DNA of 64,000 nucleotides from a virus: IMG/VR virus record IMGVR_UViG_3300034355_001150, positions 1 to 64,000 of that record; one strand, 5' to 3'. Shown piece by piece: positions 56,020 to 64,000 of this stretch (position 1 is its first letter; each line of letters starts with the position of its first letter). The notes under the pieces were generated by a model. It saw only the letters and a program-made list of their open reading frames with translations, ran no database searches and was not told where the DNA came from. The position numbers and the translations under genes were made by a program.

Positions 56020-56632
56020 GGATAGTGAGATTTGAGATTACCTCACTTCGGGAGGATTGTGCTGGGTTTATGACAGCCCCCTTTCAGGGGACAATCATAA
56101 TCTTCGGTTGGGACCGGAGGGATACAACAGGTAGGATTTTTTTGAACTCTTGGACGGGGGGCTCGCACCCAACCCCGGTACCTACTGCGACTTTCTTATT
56201 AAGGGATTCCCTGGCGTTAATTTGGAATTCCCAGTCCTTCATCAAATAATGGTATTACTTGAAACAAGTTCAATAGACGATTGATTACTCAACCTCAAAC
56301 CTATTACAGTGACGCAAAATTCCTTCTCCATAAGGAGAGGATTTTTAAAGGCATCCAGACACGCGATGGACTGGGTAGTGCGCCAAGGCTTGGATGCGAC
56401 CTCCAAAATTACGTTCCTCCACACAGCAGAGAGGCATTCCGTTGCCGAATTATCAGAGGAGCCGGCTATCTCCAAAAATCGCAGTGGGTGCCAGTTTTGT
56501 TTCCCACTCTGGCAAGTGGTTTGTAACGCTAGTTTAAAGGGCACCCGGTTACCTGGAGTCCACGGAGTAAGCTCTACCGCGAGGCGACGGTAATGATAAT
56601 CAGATTATCTGCTTGCCCCGTCTGAACAAGCA
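56020..56632 (-). ncRNA. Large (~600 nt) structured non-coding RNA candidate
   Basis: GC-richer intergenic island without a credible ORF; own promoters; several stems closed by GNRA loops on the minus strand; H-type pseudoknot at about 56489-56519. Confidence 0.75.
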
Positions 56633-56636
56633 CTTT

Positions 56637-56677
56637 TATTTATACACAATACTACGCTTGTTCAGGAATCACGTCAA
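56637..56677 (-). promoter_or_regulatory. Tandem early and late promoters for the ncRNA
   Basis: TTGACG-N17-TAGTAT (56649-56677) and TATAAATA (56637-56644), flanked by a CTGAACAAGC/GCTTGTTCAG inverted repeat. Confidence 0.75.
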
Positions 56678-56686
56678 GTAAAAAGG

Positions 56687-57070
56687 TCAAATGCCACGTA
56701 TTTTCTTAATCTCAGTTTTCATGTCATCAACCGATATTTTTCCATCTACGTATGATATCAATAGCGATTTAAATTCCTTGATAAATTTTTTAATCTCAGT
56801 GCTTTCATAAGTATCCAAGGCATTCTTAACATACTTTGCGATTATTGTGGGATTGTTTCCGATAGAATATGTTGCAACATGTATTCTATTCTTAAACACC
56901 TTCATTCTACATTTGGTGTGGGGTAATTCGTCGGGTTGAGTGCGAGTCCATAGCGTGATGTTACCGGGAATACCAGTAACATCAGCAATCAGATTGCCCA
57001 TTTCGGCAATGAATGTATCTTCTCGTAGATTCATTCTGAGCTTATTATGAGGTAATTCAGAAATTTTCAT
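56687..57070 (-). CDS. Hypothetical protein, DUF4160-like, paralog of the neighbour
   Basis: EMGNL...TGIP..I.LW......PH..RMKV. Confidence 0.7.
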   Translation of the reverse strand: MKISELPHNKLRMNLREDTFIAEMGNLIADVTGIPGNITLWTRTQPDELPHTKCRMKVFKNRIHVATYSIGNNPTIIAKYVKNALDTYESTEIKKFIKEFKSLLISYVDGKISVDDMKTEIKKIRGI

Positions 57071-57408
57071 AATGAACGTAGTTCTTGAACCATTTCTGTG
57101 GTATCAATCTCGTCATTCCAATATTTCATCAATACATCGTAGTTTTTGTTGATGTATTCCCTTAGTGCATTTAATACATCATTGGTGAGTGTATCGTAAC
57201 CGATTACATCATCCTGCGTGATGTTTCTTTTTAGTATAACGCTAACTGTTTCGTGTGGATTAAAATTATCATCAGTGTTGGTCATAACCTTAATTCTCGG
57301 TCCGTGACGTTTATTCACGCTGCCGCCGCTACTGACATAAATGTTTACGGGCAATCCGGAAGTCCTTTTCCAGATATTGCTCATCTCAAATAGATCATCA
57401 ACGAACAT
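57067..57408 (-). CDS. Hypothetical protein, DUF4160-like
   Basis: LFEMSNI....SGLPVNIYV.......HGPRIKV...YINKNYDVLMKYWN. Confidence 0.7.
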   Translation of the reverse strand: MFVDDLFEMSNIWKRTSGLPVNIYVSSGGSVNKRHGPRIKVMTNTDDNFNPHETVSVILKRNITQDDVIGYDTLTNDVLNALREYINKNYDVLMKYWNDEIDTTEMVQELRSL

Positions 57409-57409
57409 T

Positions 57410-58000
57410 TCAGATACTATTTCTATCTACGATGATTTTATCAGCCAATCCATAGGCAACCGATTCTTCCGCTGACATAAATGTATCTCTGTCCATATCT
57501 CGTTCAAATTCTGCATAAGTTTTACCAGCAGAATTATGATTAACGTAGATATTAGTGAGTGTTTCTTTTACCTTCTGAATTTCTTTTGCTTGAATCTGAA
57601 TATCAGATGCCATGCCGCTCGCACCACCGCTCGGTTGATGAATCATGTGCCTTGCATTGGGTAACATAATTCGCTTACCCGGTGAACCAGCAGTAGCTAA
57701 TAACGAACCCATACTACATGCCTGTCCAGTCACGATAGTAGATACATCGGGCTTGATGAATCGCATAGTATCGTAGATTGCCATTCCAGCGGTTACTTCA
57801 CCTCCACCAGAGTTGATATACATAAATATGTCGGTTTCTGTATCTTCGGCCTCTAAAAATAGCAATTGAGCTACCACAACATGGCTCATTTCAGTGTGAA
57901 TAGAACCATTTAAAAATATAATTCTTTCTTTCAATAGCCTGGAAAAAATATCATAACTTCGTTCAGAAGTGGCTGTTTTTTCTATTACAAATGGAATCAT
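57410..58000 (-). CDS. clpP: ATP-dependent Clp protease proteolytic subunit
   Basis: ERSYDIFSRLLKERIIFL, YINSGGG, ACSMG (Ser), MIHQP (His), DRD (Asp). Confidence 0.97.
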   Translation of the reverse strand: MIPFVIEKTATSERSYDIFSRLLKERIIFLNGSIHTEMSHVVVAQLLFLEAEDTETDIFMYINSGGGEVTAGMAIYDTMRFIKPDVSTIVTGQACSMGSLLATAGSPGKRIMLPNARHMIHQPSGGASGMASDIQIQAKEIQKVKETLTNIYVNHNSAGKTYAEFERDMDRDTFMSAEESVAYGLADKIIVDRNSI

Positions 58001-58015
58001 TTATTTTCCCTCATG

Positions 58016-58411
58016 TTAAGATTCTGTTCCCTCTGATTCTTCTACGCAAAACTCAACCGATTCTTTAGTTAGTGTGCGTAATGCATCTTTTTCTATATAC
58101 AGTCTGCGAACAACATCCTCAAGACTCTTATATTCATTAACTGAGATATGTCCTTGCGCTCCCTCGGCCAAAAATACCATGTCCCAATAGTTTTTAGCAG
58201 TCAAAAAGATATTGGCCGCTATAATCATTTGATTTTTATCTTCTTTGTCTTTTGTACCGGATGCAAAAACAGCAGCAGAATTCATTGCTTCTGTTAATAC
58301 AACTGAGCATATTCTCGCCCTGCCAAATTTGGTATATTTTTCAATTTCCTGAGACAAAGATGCAGATGATATACAAATCAATCCGCATCCTATAATGTGT
58401 TTAATTTTCAT
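58016..58411 (-). CDS. Hypothetical secreted protein
   Basis: Signal-peptide-like N-terminus. Confidence 0.65.
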   Translation of the reverse strand: MKIKHIIGCGLICISSASLSQEIEKYTKFGRARICSVVLTEAMNSAAVFASGTKDKEDKNQMIIAANIFLTAKNYWDMVFLAEGAQGHISVNEYKSLEDVVRRLYIEKDALRTLTKESVEFCVEESEGTES

Positions 58412-58655
58412 TTATTAGTGATAGTAGTAATTCACGATGATGATACACCGTTCCACTCAAGTATATCACCAACAATCCGATGTTGACCAGAAAAATGTTG
58501 AAATCTCTCACTCGCCATGCCCACAACGCATACAACAATGCACCAAAATTACTGATGTAGATATTAAGTGGGGCTATCTGAAATGCAGTCAGAGTAGCCC
58601 CAATCAATGCAACAATCAAACCAAAATTTTTAATTACGCTATTAAGCATAATCAA
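58401..58655 (-). CDS. Small multi-pass membrane protein
   Basis: Three hydrophobic segments. Confidence 0.7.
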   Translation of the reverse strand: MIMLNSVIKNFGLIVALIGATLTAFQIAPLNIYISNFGALLYALWAWRVRDFNIFLVNIGLLVIYLSGTVYHHRELLLSLINEN

Positions 58656-58806
58656 AATCTTCTAATGATGCTGCATAAGCATGTTCAAGAAAATCAATCT
58701 GCCATTGAATTTCTTGGAGAGATTCTACTGTGAGTTCTTCGGATTCAAATTGCTCATACAATGAATTCAGTTCGGTCTTGATAGAAGCGTTGTCTGAAAT
58801 AATCAT
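58642..58806 (-). CDS. Hypothetical acidic early protein
   Basis: GGAG SD before 58806, after an early promoter. Confidence 0.65.
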   Translation of the reverse strand: MIISDNASIKTELNSLYEQFESEELTVESLQEIQWQIDFLEHAYAASLEDFDYA

Positions 58807-58842
58807 CTTAGGTTCTCCGTGGTTGGTGTTGATGATGGGTGA

Positions 58843-58870
58843 ATTATACACGCAAACCAAAAGATGTCAA
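58843..58870 (-). promoter_or_regulatory. Early promoter
   Basis: TTGACA-N16-TATAAT. Confidence 0.8.
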
Positions 58871-58876
58871 GCGTTT

Positions 58877-59428
58877 TTAGCTTTTCAATAAAGATTTCAC
58901 GTTCTTCATGGTGTCCATGAGGATATTTTCCGCCCCACTCAACTCGGAGAACAGTTCGCCAACATGATCAACAACAACCCACTGAACTTTAGGATATGAG
59001 CGTATCACTTCGCTGACCAAATTTCTATAGTTGGTTAACTTAGTTCCGATTGTTGAATCATCTTCAGTGCTCCAATCAAATCCATATAATATAACAATAT
59101 CAGATGATACACTGGCTAAGTGCATTGCGATTATTTCTTCATGATTGATGACATCATGGGCAAATTCACCATGAAAATAGGTTACTTTGGGCATTACACC
59201 AAATTTTTCCTCACACTTTACCGGAAGATAAAGCATATTGGCTACCTGATTGAATCGTTTTCTTATTAGCTTATCTGCCTCAGACGAATCATAGCAAATG
59301 ATATTATCAGTTTTACACGTATGCCATGTTTTCCAACTACCCCAAAATTGTCCGCTTGCTTTTAGCGCAGCAACATCCTCGGTTGGGTCCATGACTGTAT
59401 CGTTGGCGAATACCCAATTTATTTTCAT
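58877..59428 (-). CDS. Hypothetical Rossmann-like phage protein
   Basis: ATGA overlap with the upstream gene; DIVILYGFDW motif. Confidence 0.7.
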   Translation of the reverse strand: MKINWVFANDTVMDPTEDVAALKASGQFWGSWKTWHTCKTDNIICYDSSEADKLIRKRFNQVANMLYLPVKCEEKFGVMPKVTYFHGEFAHDVINHEEIIAMHLASVSSDIVILYGFDWSTEDDSTIGTKLTNYRNLVSEVIRSYPKVQWVVVDHVGELFSELSGAENILMDTMKNVKSLLKS

Positions 59429-59778
59429 TTTACGATCAACGCTGTCCAATTTTCTGATGGAGGGGTTTCTGTAAATTCAGCAATACGACGCTTAATATCA
59501 TCGTAAAAACTGTTTACTTCTCCGCTCCAAAATCCATACAATGATTCTATACATTGCAAGCAATCGTCCCACTTTTTTTCTTTATACGCTTCAATCATGT
59601 CTTTATGTAATTCACTCATTTCTGCATTGAGTGACATTTCCTCAACAGGAACAGTTTCAATGACGCAAAAAGCCGTAGATGTTTCTGGCTTATCCTTAAA
59701 CAAGAACGTATCAAGTTCAAGAATGGTGTACTTAGTTGACAGACGTTCTGCTGATTCGTGACCGAAAATAATATTCAT
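59425..59778 (-). CDS. Protein resembling the C-terminal helical domain of class III adenylate cyclases
   Basis: IEAYKEKKWDDC...FYDDIKRRI......PPSENW; late promoter at 59806-59813. Confidence 0.55.
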   Translation of the reverse strand: MNIIFGHESAERLSTKYTILELDTFLFKDKPETSTAFCVIETVPVEEMSLNAEMSELHKDMIEAYKEKKWDDCLQCIESLYGFWSGEVNSFYDDIKRRIAEFTETPPSENWTALIVK

Positions 59779-59792
59779 GCGCTCTCCAATTT

Positions 59793-59813
59793 GCTAAATA
59801 TACTATATTTATA
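59793..59813. promoter_or_regulatory. Face-to-face late promoters serving divergent genes
   Basis: GCTAAATA (+, 59793-59800) and TATAAATA (-, 59806-59813). Confidence 0.55.
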
Positions 59814-59825
59814 TTATTCTAAACC

Positions 59826-60617
59826 ATGACAACAATTTTGTGCGATATCGTTTCGGATTTACACATCACACACGCAGATGATTTTAACTGGGAAGGCCAG
59901 CCTACCAGTCCATTTTGTATCGTTGCCGGTGATGTAGCCAGAGATAGGACTATTCTTAAATCTGTTTTAACTCATTTGGGTCAATGCTATCAGCAAGTGT
60001 TTTACATTGATGGCAACGATGAACATCGTGATTATCTTGAGGATTTGGATGCAAGCTACGATCATTTAGGTGATATGCTTGCTGGAATCAATAACGTAGT
60101 TTATCTACGTGACGAGATTGTTGTTCTCAACGGAGCAGCTATTATTGCAGCCAATGGATGGTGGACATATGATTTTGATCCTATGATTAGTGTTGATTCC
60201 GCTCTTCAAGGCTATTGTGATTATACCGGCATTTCCAGAGAAGCTGCCCTCAAAATAGTAGAGAAGGCTTATGAAGATTCCTGTTACTTAGTAAACAGTG
60301 TTCAAAAGATTCAGAGACATCCCGATATCAAGGTGGCTACGATCATTAGCCATACATTGCCGTGTACAACACTTATAAATCATGATATTTCGTTAGTGGG
60401 AGAGCCAAGATTTAATTGCATGGGCAATCAACACATGAATCAAGTGTTTCAAGCTGATTTAGAATCTAAAATAAAAGTGTGGGGAATGGGACATTATCAT
60501 TATTGTATTGATCGTGAATTGAATGGCGTAAGATATATGAGTAATGTTAGGGGACGTGCTAATACACCATGGTATCAACACGCCTTTTACCCTAAACGAA
60601 TTACGTTTGATAATTAA
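59826..60617 (+). CDS. Calcineurin-like metallophosphoesterase
   Basis: SDLH, AGD, GNDEH, SH, GHYH motifs. Confidence 0.88.
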   Translation: MTTILCDIVSDLHITHADDFNWEGQPTSPFCIVAGDVARDRTILKSVLTHLGQCYQQVFYIDGNDEHRDYLEDLDASYDHLGDMLAGINNVVYLRDEIVVLNGAAIIAANGWWTYDFDPMISVDSALQGYCDYTGISREAALKIVEKAYEDSCYLVNSVQKIQRHPDIKVATIISHTLPCTTLINHDISLVGEPRFNCMGNQHMNQVFQADLESKIKVWGMGHYHYCIDRELNGVRYMSNVRGRANTPWYQHAFYPKRITFDN

Positions 60618-60919
60618 GCATCAGGCTCAATTTTCACTTGCAGCGGATAGTTTTGCGTTCTTGCAGCTAAAGTAACTTCAATACCGCGTTGTTCCGCTAT
60701 TTCAAATGGTAATACAGCAACAACAGCCGAACCTTTTTCGTGTATATCTTGTGTGATATAAATCGCGGTTTCAGCAGTATAATTGAAGTAATCAATAAGT
60801 GTTTCAATAACGAATTCAACCGTGGTCGTATTATCGTTAATATATACCACTCTGAACAACGGCGGTTCTTTAATTGCTACTTCTGGCCTAACAAGTACCG
60901 CTGGATCTGCATTTCCCAT
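60614..60919 (-). CDS. clpS: Clp protease adaptor ClpS
   Basis: PPLFRVVYINDNTTTVEFVIETL, IHEKGSAVV, EIAEQ, YPLQVKIE; late promoter at 60944-60951. Confidence 0.92.
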   Translation of the reverse strand: MGNADPAVLVRPEVAIKEPPLFRVVYINDNTTTVEFVIETLIDYFNYTAETAIYITQDIHEKGSAVVAVLPFEIAEQRGIEVTLAARTQNYPLQVKIEPDA

Positions 60920-60950
60920 ATAATTATTCCCTTTGTAAAAATGTATTTAT

Positions 60951-61397
60951 CTACGAAGCATATGTAATAGGAATACTTTTTGGCTTTTCAATCTCCGGAA
61001 TAAGTCGCTGAACCCTAACATTCAGAATTCCGTCCTTTACATTAGCATCCAATACTTCTACATTATCGGCCAATGTCCATGTCCGAATAAATTTTCTTGC
61101 CGAGATACCATGATGAACATAGTTTACCTCGGTTGTATCTTCATTAAATGCTTTTTCACCTGAAATAACCAGTAGACCGTTTTCAATCTTTACTTCAAGT
61201 TCGCTGATATTAAAGCCAGCAACTGCTACTTGTACCTCAGTTTCGGTTTCACTTAGCTTAATAATATTATAAGGCGGATAGTTACCGTGTTGACCATTTT
61301 GATTTTCAATTGAATCCAAAATGCGTGTAATAATCCTATCAGCACCAAGAGCATGCCGATGAGCATTGGTAAAATCGGTTGATGTTAATCTAGACAT
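60951..61397 (-). CDS. ibpA: Small heat-shock protein (IbpA/Hsp20)
   Basis: NYPPYNI, VAVAGF, HHGISARKF.RTWTLAD, DGIL. Confidence 0.95.
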   Translation of the reverse strand: MSRLTSTDFTNAHRHALGADRIITRILDSIENQNGQHGNYPPYNIIKLSETETEVQVAVAGFNISELEVKIENGLLVISGEKAFNEDTTEVNYVHHGISARKFIRTWTLADNVEVLDANVKDGILNVRVQRLIPEIEKPKSIPITYAS

Positions 61398-61455
61398 TTG
61401 TTTTTTCTCCTAAGTTAGCGAGTATTTTACTTCCCTTTACGGCAAAGTTAAGTGG
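61398..61455 (-). promoter_or_regulatory. ROSE-like RNA thermometer leader of hsp20
   Basis: CTCGCTA-act-TAGGAG hairpin (U(U/C)GCU pairing with the SD). Confidence 0.65.
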
Positions 61456-61512
61456 GAGAAGTATATTTTAATCGCCCCTCTCCCGTTTGGCGACTCCCAT
61501 CCCGATGGGATA

Positions 61513-63144
<1,632 letters not shown>

Positions 63145-63450
63145 TTAGTTTTCTCCTCTAATAATTGCAACCACTTCGTCTTCGCGAAGAATATGATAAT
63201 TTTTACTCTCTACTGTAACCGTTTGGCCAGCGTGTTTGCTAAACAGAACACGATCACCAACACTAATGACCAACGGAACAATAGTACCATCTTCGGCGAT
63301 ACGACCAGAACCGACACCCAATACTACCGCTTGAGTGGGTTTTTCGTTTGCGGAATCTGGAATAACCAATCCAAATTCAGTCACGGTTTCATTTTCAATA
63401 AGCTCAACTACGATTCTATCGCGAATTGGCTGAACAGGACATGTACTCAT
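63145..63450 (-). CDS. groS: Co-chaperonin GroES (bacterial type)
   Basis: [32 protein letters not shown]. Confidence 0.95.
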   Translation of the reverse strand: MSTCPVQPIRDRIVVELIENETVTEFGLVIPDSANEKPTQAVVLGVGSGRIAEDGTIVPLVISVGDRVLFSKHAGQTVTVESKNYHILREDEVVAIIRGEN

Positions 63451-63485
63451 TTATTTCTCCATTAAATTTTAGGCAAGTTTGTCTT

Positions 63486-63518
63486 TGAATCGCTTGAATA
63501 GATATTCAAGCGATTCAT
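63486..63518. other. 14-bp perfect inverted repeat upstream of groES
   Basis: TGAATCGCTTGAAT-agat-ATTCAAGCGATTCA. Confidence 0.7.
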
Positions 63519-63531
63519 TTGGGTGAGTTTA

Positions 63532-63747
63532 CTATCGGGAATGTTGCATCGCCCTTAATAGGCGATTTTTCTTTCTACTTTGATTTATTCCCTGTCGCAT
63601 ACAAGGGGTGAGTAGCCTCATAAAGCTACTCAATAGTGGCCCTGATCTTTTCAGGATTTTTTGAATTCTTTGTTGTTTCCAACGACAATATGGTCTTCTG
63701 AATATGACCATGACTTTTCTTGGACATGGTGTCTTTTTTCTTTTCAT
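63532..63747 (-). CDS. Hypothetical highly basic protein
   Basis: AAGGAG SD within a ROSE-like leader. Confidence 0.55.
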   Translation of the reverse strand: MKRKKTPCPRKVMVIFRRPYCRWKQQRIQKILKRSGPLLSSFMRLLTPCMRQGINQSRKKNRLLRAMQHSR

Positions 63748-63805
63748 TATGTTTCTCCTTAAATCAAGCGAGTATTACTTATGAACCCATATAGGCATTC
63801 ATATA
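63748..63805 (-). promoter_or_regulatory. Second ROSE-like leader
   Basis: TATGAATGCC...GGGTTCATA hairpin then CTCGCTT-gattt-AAGGAG; same architecture as the hsp20 leader. Confidence 0.6.
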
Positions 63806-63868
63806 TTCACTATCATTAGACTAATAATAGCGTCTGAAGTTCAATAATTCAAGTACAAAGTTGAAATT

Positions 63869-64000
63869 CTAAACTTCAGAAAAATGTTTCTCAATGAAAT
63901 CAGCTTCTTCCCAGGGATAGTGTTGAATCAATCCTTCTACTAGCAAATGATGCTGTTCTTTCAACGTATGAGTTGGGTTTAGTCCCTTCCAAACCTTTGC
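63869..64000 (-). CDS. 3' end of a hypothetical protein entering from the window edge
   Basis: Open frame ...AKVWKGLNPTHTLKEQHHLLVEGLIQHYPWEEADFIEKHFSEV*. Confidence 0.5.
   Translation of the reverse strand, partial: AKVWKGLNPTHTLKEQHHLLVEGLIQHYPWEEADFIEKHFSEV

Noticed and set aside
56175-56200. Group II intron domain V (GAAAGTCGCA on the minus strand)
   Set aside because: The upstream AGC/CGC triad arm is missing and no host gene is interrupted.
56025-56593. Short ORFs listed inside the large RNA region
   Set aside because: They overlap on both strands, lack SD sites and have atypical composition; structured RNA explains the region better.
56020-56632. tmRNA, RNase P RNA or tRNA cluster
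   Set aside because: No T-arm/CCA end, no GAGGAAAGTCC-type RNase P motif and no cloverleaf seen.

Overview
AT-rich fragment of a jumbo/huge tailed phage genome (T4-like late transcription, probable proteobacterial host), standard genetic code. Left: a DNA methyltransferase locus with duplicated segments and an alternative specificity domain, clamp loader, phage-type GroES, a split DnaE fragment, baseplate genes, an unannotated IF-1 starting at AUU, a decayed TnpB element and an RlpA-like gene with a long structured leader. Centre (about 14.8-51.9 kb): giant Asn/Gly-rich tail-fibre genes (Mtd_N, YSNANVAAYL, YadA-head-like repeats) with several LamG tip proteins, and a Seg-like GIY-YIG nuclease with eight 32-aa repeats. 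Right: early genes (ArfA-like peptide, OprI/Lpp-like lipoprotein, FtsK-gamma membrane protein), a ~600-nt structured ncRNA candidate with its own early and late promoters, and a proteostasis cluster (ClpP, ClpS, Hsp20, GroEL/ES) with ROSE-like leaders. Best candidates for something new: the large ncRNA locus, the repeat-array nuclease, the MTase specificity-domain cassette and the AUU-initiated IF-1. All family assignments come from motifs recognised by eye; no searches were run.
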